Shown here one piece after another: positions 32,577 through 41,657 of a DNA stretch of 64,000 bases. The translations under genes were made by a program, and so were the position numbers. Position 1 is the stretch's first letter; the number at the start of each line of letters is the position of its first letter. The notes under the pieces were generated by a model. The model searched no databases, was not told where the DNA came from, and worked only from the letters and a program-made list of their open reading frames with translations. Source of the stretch: Candidatus Methylomirabilota bacterium (lineage in GTDB: Bacteria; Methylomirabilota; Methylomirabilia; Rokubacteriales; CSP1-6); the NCBI GenBank assembly GCA_035457825.1, contig DATIAY010000005.1:2722-66721 (forward strand), in the 5' to 3' direction.

Positions 32577-34136
32577 TCAGATGGAGATGGCCGCCACCGG
32601 CTGGCGCCGGCGCATGTACAGGAGATCGAAGAGCAGGCGCGTAAAGAACACCGCGGTGAAGAGGCTCGCCACCAGCCCGATGAACAGCGTCACCGCGAAG
32701 CCCTTCACCGGCCCCGTCCCGAAGTTGTAGAGGATGGCCGCCGTCACCAGCACGGTGACGTGGGTGTCGATGATGGTCACGAAAGCGCGGCTGAACCCGC
32801 TGTCGATGGCGGCGCGGGGGGACTTGCCCAGGCGCAACTCCTCCCGGATACGCTCGAAGATCAACACGTTGGTGTCGACGGCCATGCCGATGGTGAGCGC
32901 GATGCCCGCGATGCCGGGCAGGGTCAGGGTGGCCCCGAAGGCCGCCATGCAGGCCAGGAGGATCAGCAGATTCAGTCCCAGGGCGACGTCGGCGATCAAG
33001 CCCGACAGGCGGTAGTACACGAGCATGAACACGAAGACCACCAGGGCCGAGACCGCGATGGAGAGGAGGCCTTTGCGGATGGAATCGGCGCCCAGTGAGG
33101 GCCCGACCGTACGCTCCTCCAGAATCGTCACCGGGGCCGGCAGGGCTCCGGCCCGCAGCACGATGGCCAGGTCGCGAGCCTCGTCCACCGTGAACTGTCC
33201 GGTGATGACGGCGCGCCCGCCCGGGATCCGCTCGTTGATGCGGGGGGCCGAATAGACGTTGCCATCGAGGATGATCGCTAGGTGCTTGCCGACGTTCTGT
33301 TCGGTGGCCTCGCCGAAGATCCGGGCCCCGACGGCATTGAACTCGATGGCCACCTGCCAGTTCCCCATCGAGTTCTGATCGGCCTGTACCTCGGCCCGGT
33401 TCAGCTCGGCCCCGGTCAGGAGGGTGCGCTTCTGGACCACGTAGGGCGTCCGGCGCTCGGCCTTGGTGTCCTTCTCGATCCGCCGCTGGTAGAGCACCTC
33501 CGAGCCCTCAGGCAGTCGGCCGGCCAGGGCGTCCTCGACCGGGGTGCGCTCGTCCAGCAACTTGAACTCGAGGAGCGCCGTCTTGCCGATGAGGGCCTTG
33601 GCCCGCGCGGGATCCTGGATGCCGGGAAGCTGAATGAGAATGCGGTCATCGCCCTGGCGGGTGATCGTGGCCTCGGCTACCCCGAACTGATCCACCCGGT
33701 TGCGGATGGTCTCCACCCCCTGACGCACGGCGAGGTCGCGCAGACGGCTCACTTCGCGCGGGCTCAGGACCAGACGAAAGCGCCCGGCCGCCTGGTCCTC
33801 GTCCTGGCGCTCGAAGGTGCCGAAGTCGCCGACTACCGTGAGGGCGTCGTTCCACGTCTTGGGGGAGGCGAGCTGGACGACGATCGTCGTATCGCCCTCG
33901 CGGGCGACCCGATTGGCAGCAATCCCTTTGCGCTCCAGCGCGGTCTTGAGGTCCTCGGCAGCCCGGTCGGTCTGGCTGGCCAGGGCCTTGTCGGTCTCCA
34001 CGCCCAGCACCAGGTGGATGCCGCCCTGGAGGTCCAGCCCCAGATTGATGCTCGAGCGCGGCGGGTAGAGGTACCAGAGAGAGCCCAGGATGACCGCGAC
34101 CACCAGGCCGATACGCGACACCAGGTGCTTAGGCAT
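32577..34136 (-). CDS. secD: Protein translocase subunit SecD
   Basis: 519 aa. ..INLGLDLQGGIHLVL.. and C-terminal TM bundle motifs. Confidence 0.95.
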   Translation of the reverse strand: MPKHLVSRIGLVVAVILGSLWYLYPPRSSINLGLDLQGGIHLVLGVETDKALASQTDRAAEDLKTALERKGIAANRVAREGDTTIVVQLASPKTWNDALTVVGDFGTFERQDEDQAAGRFRLVLSPREVSRLRDLAVRQGVETIRNRVDQFGVAEATITRQGDDRILIQLPGIQDPARAKALIGKTALLEFKLLDERTPVEDALAGRLPEGSEVLYQRRIEKDTKAERRTPYVVQKRTLLTGAELNRAEVQADQNSMGNWQVAIEFNAVGARIFGEATEQNVGKHLAIILDGNVYSAPRINERIPGGRAVITGQFTVDEARDLAIVLRAGALPAPVTILEERTVGPSLGADSIRKGLLSIAVSALVVFVFMLVYYRLSGLIADVALGLNLLILLACMAAFGATLTLPGIAGIALTIGMAVDTNVLIFERIREELRLGKSPRAAIDSGFSRAFVTIIDTHVTVLVTAAILYNFGTGPVKGFAVTLFIGLVASLFTAVFFTRLLFDLLYMRRRQPVAAISI

Positions 34137-34476
34137 CTTTCTCCGGCGCGCCCACCGTCACGATCCGGCCCACGGAGCCCCGGTCGAACTCCAGCTTGAC
34201 CTGATCGGACACCCGCAGCGTGATGGTGTGCTCGCTGAGGCCCGTCACCGTCCCGTGCAGACCGCTGGTGGTGACCACGCGATCGCCGCGCTTCAGGGCC
34301 GTCAGCATCTGTTCCCGCTCCCGCTTCTGCTTCTGCTGGGGCCGGATGAGCAGGAAGTAGAAGACGGCGAAGATCGCGGCGAAGAAGAGCAGCTGCATGG
34401 CGACGGCGCTGGTCCCCGAGCCTCCGGGTGGCGCGGACGAGGCGAAGGCGATCTCAGCGGCATGGACGACGTTCAT
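34129..34476 (-). CDS. yajC: Preprotein translocase subunit YajC
   Basis: ..FAAIFAVFYFLLIRPQQKQKREREQMLTALKRGDRVVTTSGLHGTV.. is canonical YajC. The true start may be internal. Confidence 0.85.
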   Translation of the reverse strand: MNVVHAAEIAFASSAPPGGSGTSAVAMQLLFFAAIFAVFYFLLIRPQQKQKREREQMLTALKRGDRVVTTSGLHGTVTGLSEHTITLRVSDQVKLEFDRGSVGRIVTVGAPEKDA

Positions 34477-35633
34477 GGAAGGTCGGCCTCCGGTTCAGAC
34501 TCCCGCGAAACGCCTTCGGATGATACAAGACTTCGGGACAAAAACCGAGCCCGGAATGGCGCAAAGGTCCCGGCGGCAATCGCCGTCCGCAGGCCAGCCA
34601 TCAGGTCGAGGAAGAAGCGCAGGTTGTGCAGGGTGAGCAGACGGTAGGCGAGCAGTTCGGCCGACACGAAGAGGTGGCGCAGGTACGCCCGCGAGAAACG
34701 CCGGCAGGTATAGCAGTCGCAGGACTCGTCGAGGGGGCGGCTGTCGCGGGCGTAGCGGGCCTGCTTGATGACCAGCGGCCCCTCCCCGGTGAAGCACTGG
34801 CCGTTGCGGGCGTTGCGGGTGGGCAGCACACAATCGAAGAGGTCCACCCCGCAGGCCACGCACTCCACGAGGTCCTCGGGCTTGCCCACGCCCATGAGGT
34901 ACCGAGGGCGATCCGCCGGCAGGTGCGCCGCCGCCGCCGCCGTGAGGTCGTACATCGCGGCCTTCGGCTCCCCCACCGCCATGCCGCCGATGGCATAGCC
35001 GTCGCAGCCCATCGCCGCCGTCTCCTCCACGGCGCGCCGGCGGAGGTCCGCGAAGCTACCGCCCTGCACGATCCCGAAGAAGGATTGGCCAGGCCGCCCG
35101 TCCCGACGATGGGCCGTCCAGGCTCGCCGCGCCCAGCGCAGGGTGAGCTCCAGCGAACGCTCGGTCTCGGCGTGGGTCGCCGGGTAGGCCAGGCACTCGT
35201 CCAGCGGATGGATGATGTCGGCGCCCAGGGCCTGCTGCACCTCGACACTGAGTTCCGGCGAGAGAAAGTGGGTGGAGCCGTCGATCGGCGACCGGAACTC
35301 GACCCCCTCCTCGGTGATCTTCCGCAGCCGGGCCAGGCTGAAGACCTGGAACCCACCCGAGTCGGTCAGGATCGGGCCGTCCCATCCCATGAACCGGTGC
35401 AGGCCTCCCAGGTCGCGTACCAGGTCATGGCCGGGACGAAGGAGCAGATGGAAGGTGTTGGCCAGGACGATCTGGGCGCCGACCTCCCGCAGATCGTCCG
35501 GAGTCAGGCTCTTCACGGTTCCCGCCGTGCCTACCGGCATGAAGGCTGGCGTGTCGATCGGTCCGCGGGCCGTGAGCAAGCGACCACGGCGGGCATCGCC
35601 ATCACGGGCGAGGAGCTCGAAGCTGGCGCTCAT
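34473..35633 (-). CDS. tgt: tRNA-guanine transglycosylase
   Basis: FELLARDGDARRGRLLTARGPIDTPAFMPVGT.GTVK..., LTDSGGFQV and the Zn site C.CYTC. Confidence 0.95.
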   Translation of the reverse strand: MSASFELLARDGDARRGRLLTARGPIDTPAFMPVGTAGTVKSLTPDDLREVGAQIVLANTFHLLLRPGHDLVRDLGGLHRFMGWDGPILTDSGGFQVFSLARLRKITEEGVEFRSPIDGSTHFLSPELSVEVQQALGADIIHPLDECLAYPATHAETERSLELTLRWARRAWTAHRRDGRPGQSFFGIVQGGSFADLRRRAVEETAAMGCDGYAIGGMAVGEPKAAMYDLTAAAAAHLPADRPRYLMGVGKPEDLVECVACGVDLFDCVLPTRNARNGQCFTGEGPLVIKQARYARDSRPLDESCDCYTCRRFSRAYLRHLFVSAELLAYRLLTLHNLRFFLDLMAGLRTAIAAGTFAPFRARFLSRSLVSSEGVSRESEPEADLP

Positions 35634-36670
35634 AGGATCAACGTCGCATCGCCGTACGAGTAGAAGCGGTAGCCCGCAGCAACGGCATGACGATAGGCCC
35701 GAAGGACGAGCTCGCGGCCGGCGAAGGCGGCGACGAGGACCAGGAGCGACGAGCGGGGCAGATGGAAGTTGGTCAACAGCGCGTCGACGACCTGGAAGCG
35801 ACGCCCCGGTCCGATGTAGAGTTCGACGTGTCCGTCAACGGGACGCACGCGGCCGTCGGCGCCGGCCGACCCTTCCAGCGCCCGTGTCGTGGTCGTCCCC
35901 ACGGCGACGACCCGGCGGCCCTCCCGCCTGGCGGTGTTGACTGCGATCGCCACGGCCTCGGGGATCGACACCCGTTCCGGCGCGAGCACGTGGTCCTCGA
36001 CGTGTCGCGTGCGGATGGGACGAAACGTGGCCGGCCCCACGTGCAGAGTGACCTCGTGGACCTCGATCCCCCGCCCGCGCAACGCCCGGAGCACCTCAGA
36101 CGTGAAGTGCAGCCCGGCGGTGGGGGCCGCCACCGAGCCCGGGAGCCGGGCGTACACGGTCTGGTAGCGCTCCCAATCCTCGGCGGCCGGCTTGGCGTGC
36201 CGGGCCAGGTACGGCGGCAGCGGCGGCATCCCGTGCGCCTCGAGCAGCTCGGCGATCGTGCCGTCCTGCCGCTCGAGGATCCGAGACCCGTCGGCCGCGA
36301 CACCGACGACGGTGAGCAGGACGCCTGGCTCGCCTCCCGCGCGCAGGCGCGCCCCGACTGGGCAGCGGCGGCCAGGGCGGACCAGCGCGGGGGCGCGAGG
36401 CCCGGCCTCCCCGGCGAGGAAGAGGAGCTCGACAGGGCGACCCGACGCGTCCCGCGCCGCGACCCGGGCCGGAATCACCCGGGAGTTGTTGACGACCAGA
36501 CAATCGCCCGCGCGCAGGAGCGACGGCAGGTCGGCGAAGGCGCGATCGGCCAGAGCACCGCTGTCACGGTCGATCAGGAGCAGCCGCGCCCCATCGCGCC
36601 GCTCGGTCGGCGCCTGGGCAATTGCCGAGGGCGGCAGGTCGTAGTCGAAGGCCTCCAGCTCCACCGTCAT
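35630..36670 (-). CDS. queA: S-adenosylmethionine:tRNA ribosyltransferase-isomerase
   Basis: FDYDLPPSAIAQAPTERRDGARLL..., ..PLPPYL.. and ..GTT..RALE.. are QueA signatures. It overlaps tgt by 4 nt. Confidence 0.95.
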   Translation of the reverse strand: MTVELEAFDYDLPPSAIAQAPTERRDGARLLLIDRDSGALADRAFADLPSLLRAGDCLVVNNSRVIPARVAARDASGRPVELLFLAGEAGPRAPALVRPGRRCPVGARLRAGGEPGVLLTVVGVAADGSRILERQDGTIAELLEAHGMPPLPPYLARHAKPAAEDWERYQTVYARLPGSVAAPTAGLHFTSEVLRALRGRGIEVHEVTLHVGPATFRPIRTRHVEDHVLAPERVSIPEAVAIAVNTARREGRRVVAVGTTTTRALEGSAGADGRVRPVDGHVELYIGPGRRFQVVDALLTNFHLPRSSLLVLVAAFAGRELVLRAYRHAVAAGYRFYSYGDATLIL

Positions 36671-36706
36671 TCAGTCTACATGTCGCCGGCCGACGGCGCC
36701 CTCGGC

Positions 36707-37528
36707 CTATCCGGTGAAGAGGCCTCCGTTGGGCGAGATCCACTGCCCGGTGACGAAGGAGCTGTCGTCGGAGGCCAGGAACAGCGCGGTAGCCGCCACC
36801 TCGCGAGGCTCGCCCCACCGACCGAGCGGGGTGCGGCTCACCACCGCCATGCGCGTGAGCAGGGGGATGGGCGCCGTCATCGGGGTATCGATGAAGCCGG
36901 GGCAGATGGCATTGACCCGGATGCCCCGCGAGCCCACCTCGCGAGCCACCGCCCGCGTGAAAGCCAGGATGCCGCCCTTGGCTGCGCTGTAGTGGGGCAC
37001 ATTCTCGAGCCCCATGAGGGCGGCCACGCTGGACATGTTGATGATGGCGCCCCGGTTGCGCCGGCTCATCAGCCGGAGCGCCTCCCGGGTGCAGTAGAAC
37101 GTGCCGTGGAGGTGGACGGCGATCATACGGTGCCAGGCCTCGTCGCTCATCTCCTGGGTGATATCCCACTGGGTCTGGATACCCTGCCCGCTCAGCGTCT
37201 CCGTCAGGCGGGCCTCGGACTTCGCGGCGAGCGTCTCGCCTTCGCCGCCGGTCACCGCGATTCCCGCGTTGTTCACGAGAATGTCGAGGCCGCCGAACTC
37301 TCGCTCGACGGCGGCGAACATCTGGCGAACCTGGTCACTGTCGGCGACGTCGGCCACCAGCGCGCGGCCCCGTCCGGGCGTCATGGTGCCGACCGTGGCC
37401 TCAGCGGCCGCGGCGTTGATATCGTTGACGGCGACGCGGGCTCCCTCTTCGGCGAAGAGCAACGCAATGGCCCGGCCGATGCCGGAACCGGCGCCGGTCA
37501 CGAGGGCGATACGATCGCGAAGCCGCAC
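36707..37528 (-). CDS. SDR family oxidoreductase (FabG-like)
   Basis: ALVTGAGSGIGRA (TGxxxGxG), NNAG, and the YSAAK catalytic motif. Confidence 0.9.
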   Translation of the reverse strand: MRLRDRIALVTGAGSGIGRAIALLFAEEGARVAVNDINAAAAEATVGTMTPGRGRALVADVADSDQVRQMFAAVEREFGGLDILVNNAGIAVTGGEGETLAAKSEARLTETLSGQGIQTQWDITQEMSDEAWHRMIAVHLHGTFYCTREALRLMSRRNRGAIINMSSVAALMGLENVPHYSAAKGGILAFTRAVAREVGSRGIRVNAICPGFIDTPMTAPIPLLTRMAVVSRTPLGRWGEPREVAATALFLASDDSSFVTGQWISPNGGLFTG

Positions 37529-37540
37529 GGTCCGGAAACT

Positions 37541-37885
37541 CTACCCGATCCGCGACCCCGGCGTGACGGGTCGCTCCGGCTGGAGCAGCACCACGGCACC
37601 TTCCGCATCGTAGGCGCCCAGGACCAGTACCTCAGACACGAACGGCCCCACCTGCCTGGGCGGGAAGTTGACCACCGCGACGACGTGGCGCCCGATCAAT
37701 TGTTCGACCCGGTAATGCCGGGTGATCTGGGCGCTGGCCCGCTTGACGCCGAGAGGCCCGAAATCGATCCACAGCCGGTACGCGGGCCGGCGGGCCTCGG
37801 GAAACTCGCGGGCCTCGGTGACGAGGCCCACGCGGATGTCGACCAGGTCAAAGTCGGCGGGCTGGACCGGGAGCCGTTGGCTCAC
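37541..37885 (-). CDS. tRNA-binding domain protein (CsaA-like)
   Basis: In-frame part of ORF 37541..38449. The GTG start at 37885 forms a GTGA overlap with the upstream stop. ..FDLVDIRVGLVTEAREFPEARRPAYRLWIDFGPLGVKRASAQIT..LIGRHVVAVVNFPPRQ.. matches the CsaA/Trbp111 fold pattern. Confidence 0.8.
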   Translation of the reverse strand: MSQRLPVQPADFDLVDIRVGLVTEAREFPEARRPAYRLWIDFGPLGVKRASAQITRHYRVEQLIGRHVVAVVNFPPRQVGPFVSEVLVLGAYDAEGAVVLLQPERPVTPGSRIG

Positions 37886-39045
37886 CGCGTGTCGAGCGGG
37901 CCCAGCGTGGCGTCCGGATAGTAGAAAGCCAGGATCTGCCGGGCGGAGTAGCCCTGCTCGGCCATCCCCCGCGCGCCCCACTGACAGAAGCCCACACCGT
38001 GGCCGTAACCGCGGCCGGTGAAGCGGGCCGTCTGGCCCTCGATCGCCACCGAGAACAGGGTGCTCTTCAGCGTGTCGTAGCCGACGATGCGACGGAAGTC
38101 GTGGCCCCGCAGCCGCGCCGTTCCCCGGGTGCCCCGCACCGTGACAGCGACCGCGCGCACCGACGGCGTCCGCTCGCTGACCACGATCGTGGTGATCCGG
38201 CCCAGGTCGATGCCGTGGCGACGTAGCAGGTGGCCCAGGTCGGCGAGGGGAAGGTCGAGATTCCAGGAATAGTGGGGTGAGCCGGCCGAGAAGGGGCAGA
38301 CGACGGCGCGTAACGCCGGCATGTTGCGGGCCGCGAAGACCAGTCGCGGGTCCTCGGTATGACCGCCGCACTCGGTGTGATAGAAGGCCGGGAACAGCCC
38401 TCCGTCCAGCCGGAGAACCTGCCCGGCCGTGTCGTGCGCCGCCGCCCACAGCGGAGAGGCGACGGGCACTCGCCCCGCAAAGAGCTGGTTGGCCGTCGAG
38501 GCCACGACGTGAAACGGCCGTCCACCGCCGAGCACACGGTGGTGAGCGCTGTAGGTGCGAGCCACGATCGCCTGGGCACGCAGGGCCTCGATCGGCCAGG
38601 TCTCGCTGGCCTCGGCGCGGAGAACGCCGACCAGGTACTCCTCGAGGGGAAGCTCGTTGACGACGGCCATGCCGGCACCGTGCCGAACCAGATCGATGGT
38701 TGCCCCGTACTCACGACCATTCAAGCGGATGGCGCGGTCGCTCCGGAGGCGGAACCCCGGAGCCTGGCGGCCATCGATGTCGACGGCGGTGCCGGTCCAC
38801 ACCGCGCGCACCAGGGCCACCCGCCAGCTGCGGCCGCGGCAGCGATCGCAGACGGAGTCCTCGGCCGCCGGCAGAGGGCGCAGCTCGATATCACTGCCCT
38901 GAAGCTCCACATTCCGCGTCGACTCCACCAGCGCCACCCGGATCGTCCCCGAGCCCTCGGCGAACGGGGCCCACCCCGCCAGCACAGCGAGGATGCCGAG
39001 AATGGCCAACGCCCGGGGGCGTCGAGCGACCAGGGGCCTGGTCAC
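37882..39045 (-). CDS. SpoIID/LytB domain-containing protein
   Basis: Signal or TM N-terminus. ..LEEYLVGVLRAE....PIEALRAQAIVARTY..., ..HTECGGHTE.. and ..GHGVGFCQWGA.. are SpoIID domain motifs. Confidence 0.85.
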   Translation of the reverse strand: MTRPLVARRPRALAILGILAVLAGWAPFAEGSGTIRVALVESTRNVELQGSDIELRPLPAAEDSVCDRCRGRSWRVALVRAVWTGTAVDIDGRQAPGFRLRSDRAIRLNGREYGATIDLVRHGAGMAVVNELPLEEYLVGVLRAEASETWPIEALRAQAIVARTYSAHHRVLGGGRPFHVVASTANQLFAGRVPVASPLWAAAHDTAGQVLRLDGGLFPAFYHTECGGHTEDPRLVFAARNMPALRAVVCPFSAGSPHYSWNLDLPLADLGHLLRRHGIDLGRITTIVVSERTPSVRAVAVTVRGTRGTARLRGHDFRRIVGYDTLKSTLFSVAIEGQTARFTGRGYGHGVGFCQWGARGMAEQGYSARQILAFYYPDATLGPLDTR

Positions 39046-39260
39046 CCGCGGCGACCGAGCAGCCAGACGATCAGCGTGAGGACCGCGCTGATGATCAGCG
39101 AAGTCGCCAGCGGGAAGTAGAAGGTCCAGTTTCCGCGCTGGATATGGATATCGCCGGGGAGGCGGCCGATCCAGGGCACCCGACCGGCGAGGACCAGGAT
39201 CACTCCCACGCCGGCGATCAGCAGCCCGAACGCGATGAGCAGCTTGCCGATGTCGGGCAT
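39042..39260 (-). CDS. DUF2905 family small membrane protein
   Basis: 72 aa. ..GRLPGDIHIQRGNWTFYFPLATSLIISAVLTLI.. is the motif I associate with DUF2905. It has a 4-nt overlap with the next gene. Confidence 0.7.
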   Translation of the reverse strand: MPDIGKLLIAFGLLIAGVGVILVLAGRVPWIGRLPGDIHIQRGNWTFYFPLATSLIISAVLTLIVWLLGRRG

Positions 39261-39354
39261 TGTAATGGGTGCCGCGAGGCCGGCTCGAAACGTGGGTGGC
39301 CTGCCTCAGGAGCGTGCGGCTGCGTGTGCTTAGACCAATCGATCTTCTCGGAGA

Positions 39355-40371
39355 TCATTCGAAAAGCCCGGCTTGCCCGGTCCCGGGGGCGGGGGGTTGC
39401 TTGTCGAGGTGAAGGTAGGCCTCGCGCGTCGCCCGCCGTCCCGTGGGCGTACGGACGACGAATGCGATCTTCAAGAGATAGGGCTCCACCAGCTCGGTGA
39501 GCGATTCGGCCTCGTCGTTGATGGTCGCGGCCACCGCTTCGATGCCAACCGGCCCGCCGGCGTAGTGGTCGATGATGGCGCTCAGGAAGCGACGATCGAG
39601 GCGATCGAGACCGCGGCCGTCCACGCCCTCGCGGTCCAGGGCATCCCGGGCGATGACCAGACTGATGAGGCCGTCCCCGGCAACCTGCGCGTAGTCCCGC
39701 ACCCGTCGCAGCAGCCGGTTGACGATGCGGGGGGTTCCCCGGGCGCGGCGGGCGATCTCGGCGGCACCCTCGGGCTCGACGCGGGCGCCCAGGATCGAGG
39801 CCGAGCGGCTGACGATACGGGTCAGCTCGGTCTGCGAGTAGAAGTCGAGATGGTGCAGGATGCCGAAGCGCTCGCGGAGCGGCGCCGAGAGCATTCCCGG
39901 CCGGGTGGTGGCGGCCACCAGCGTGAACGGCCGCAGGGAGTACTTGAGGGTACGGGCGTGCATTCCGCGGTCGATAACGAAGTTGACCGCGAAGTCTTCC
40001 ATCGCGGGATAGAGCAACTCCTCGACCGCCCGGGGCAGCCGGTGGATCTCGTCGATGAAGAAGACGTCGTGTTCGGCAAGGTTGGTGAGAATGCCCATCA
40101 GGTCGGCGCCCCGCTCGATCGCTGGCCCCGACGTGGTGACGAGATTCGTGCCCATCTCATTGGCGATCACTCCGGCCAGCGTGGTCTTGCCTAGGCCGGG
40201 CGGGCCATACAGCAGGACGTGATCCACGCACTCGCCGCGCTGGCGGGCCGCCTGCACCGACACCCGCAGGCTGGCCACGGCTTGCTCCTGCCCCACATAT
40301 TCGTCGAACGACTGCGGCCGGAGTTGACGCTCGAACTGGGCCTCTTCGGGCGCGGCCATCCGGCTGAGCAT
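39355..40371 (-). CDS. ruvB: Holliday junction branch migration helicase RuvB
   Basis: In-frame part of ORF 39355..40539, with the start at MLSRMAAPEE. Motifs: LRPQSFDEYVGQE, LLYGPPGLGKTTLA and FIDEIHRL. Confidence 0.95.
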   Translation of the reverse strand: MLSRMAAPEEAQFERQLRPQSFDEYVGQEQAVASLRVSVQAARQRGECVDHVLLYGPPGLGKTTLAGVIANEMGTNLVTTSGPAIERGADLMGILTNLAEHDVFFIDEIHRLPRAVEELLYPAMEDFAVNFVIDRGMHARTLKYSLRPFTLVAATTRPGMLSAPLRERFGILHHLDFYSQTELTRIVSRSASILGARVEPEGAAEIARRARGTPRIVNRLLRRVRDYAQVAGDGLISLVIARDALDREGVDGRGLDRLDRRFLSAIIDHYAGGPVGIEAVAATINDEAESLTELVEPYLLKIAFVVRTPTGRRATREAYLHLDKQPPAPGTGQAGLFE

Positions 40372-40397
40372 CCGGGCGTCCTCCAGGGGGGCCGGGC

Positions 40398-41048
40398 TCA
40401 CGCGCCCTTCACCCCGCGATAGATCTCGTCGAAGAGCTCTTCCGCCGAGGCGATGCCGGGGCGCCGCTTGAAGGCTTCGGTGATGAGCTGCGAGGCCTCG
40501 CCGGGCCGGTGGCCGAGCTGCTTGACCAGGACCTCCCACACGAGCTCGCGCAGCCCGTCCCCGGCGGCGGCGGCGGCCGGCGCCGGCGCCGGTTCGGCCA
40601 CCGCCTCGTGGACCAGGGCGAACTTGGCCACTTTGCCGTGGAGCTGGGCCACGATGTTTTTGGCCTTCTGGGGGCCGATCCCGGGCAGGGAGCGCAGATA
40701 CTTCTCGTCCTGGCGGGCGATGGCGGCAGCGATCTCCGCCACTGGCGCGGCCAGGGCTCGCGCCGCCACCATGGGTCCCATGTCCTTGACCGTGATCAGC
40801 TTCTCGAAGAACTCCCGATCCAACTCCGAGGTGAAGCCGATCAAGACGGGGCGGGGCTGGTCGCGGGTCGCGTGATAGTAGGTCACCAGGGCTACCTCGC
40901 TGGCTTTGTCACCCTCCTCGGCGGCCAGGTGCTGCAGCTCACCCCGTACGATGGGCGGCAACAGCACCTCGTAGCCGATACCACCCGTCTCCAGCACGAT
41001 GCGGTCCTCCAGCCGTCGGCGCAGGCGCCCCCGCAGCGACGCGATCAT
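40398..41048 (-). CDS. ruvA: Holliday junction DNA-binding protein RuvA
   Basis: MIASLRGRL......IVLETGGIGYEV and HhH motifs (..LPGIGPKA/QKAKNI..). Confidence 0.95.
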   Translation of the reverse strand: MIASLRGRLRRRLEDRIVLETGGIGYEVLLPPIVRGELQHLAAEEGDKASEVALVTYYHATRDQPRPVLIGFTSELDREFFEKLITVKDMGPMVAARALAAPVAEIAAAIARQDEKYLRSLPGIGPQKAKNIVAQLHGKVAKFALVHEAVAEPAPAPAAAAAGDGLRELVWEVLVKQLGHRPGEASQLITEAFKRRPGIASAEELFDEIYRGVKGA

Positions 41049-41647
41049 CGGTTGTCACTCACTGGGGCGATGGCACCCTTGGTGAAGCCACGCGTGAACC
41101 GGGGAGGTATCGGAAGGGGCGTCTCGCCCCCTCCGATGCGGAGTCGGGGCGCCTCGCCCCCTCGGATGCGGAGCCGGCTGAGCCCGGTGAAGGCCAGGGC
41201 CAGGGCGTCGGCGACGTGAGAGGGTCCCGGCGCCTGCGCGAGGCCGAGCAGGCGCTGCACCCCCCGCCCCACCTGCTCCTTGCCGGCCGCGCCGTTACCC
41301 GTGACGGCGCGCTTGACCTCGGCCGGAGCGATCGCCAGCACGCTCACGGCGCGCTGCTGGGCCGCCAGGCAAGCCACCCCACGAGCATGGGCCATGAGGA
41401 GCGCGGTCCGGGGGAAGCGGTACTCCGTGTAGAGATCCTCCAGGGCCACCGCGGTGGGAGCGTACTCGTCGAGGAGGGCCGCGACGCCGTCGTAGATCTG
41501 CTGGACGCGCTCCTGGAGCCGGAGCCGGGCGTTCGTCTGGATCACGCCCGAGGCCAGCACGGCTGGGCCCGCCGGCGCCGACTCCAGGACGCCGTAGCCG
41601 AAGGCGACCAGACCCGGGTCCAGCCCCAACACCCGCGCGGTCGACAT
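41045..41647 (-). CDS. ruvC: Crossover junction endodeoxyribonuclease RuvC with repeat-encoded C-terminal extension
   Basis: In-frame part of ORF 41045..41773. The start is at MSTARVLGLDPG (41647) or at 41656. The protein ends ..HVADALALAFTGLSR followed by an atypical tail LRIRGGEAPRLRIGGGETPLPIPPRFTRGFTKGAIAPVSDNR. It has an ATGA overlap with ruvA. Confidence 0.9.
   Translation of the reverse strand: MSTARVLGLDPGLVAFGYGVLESAPAGPAVLASGVIQTNARLRLQERVQQIYDGVAALLDEYAPTAVALEDLYTEYRFPRTALLMAHARGVACLAAQQRAVSVLAIAPAEVKRAVTGNGAAGKEQVGRGVQRLLGLAQAPGPSHVADALALAFTGLSRLRIRGGEAPRLRIGGGETPLPIPPRFTRGFTKGAIAPVSDNR
41116..41175. repeat. 2 x 30 bp tandem repeat of a GC hairpin unit inside the ruvC 3' end
   Basis: GGGGCGTCTCGCCCCCTCCGATGCGGAGTC followed by GGGGCGCCTCGCCCCCTCGGATGCGGAGCC (27/30 identical). 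Each unit contains a GGGGCG-NNN-CGCCCC hairpin. The repeat encodes RLRIRGGEAP/RLRIGGGETP on the minus strand. Confidence 0.8.
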
Positions 41648-41657
41648 GGCCGCCATC

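Noticed and set aside
35687-37921. 744-aa plus-strand ORF, with similar long ORFs at 24134-26122 (+), 45576-47000 (-), 47213-48493 (-), 52829-54601 (+), 55491-57134 (+) and 16724-17980 (+).
   Set aside because: All lie antisense to, or out of frame with, clearly identifiable genes (queA/SDR, recG, mpa, dop, the sensor kinase, hutH/EamA, LLM/crotonase). All have low-complexity R/G/P/A-rich translations.
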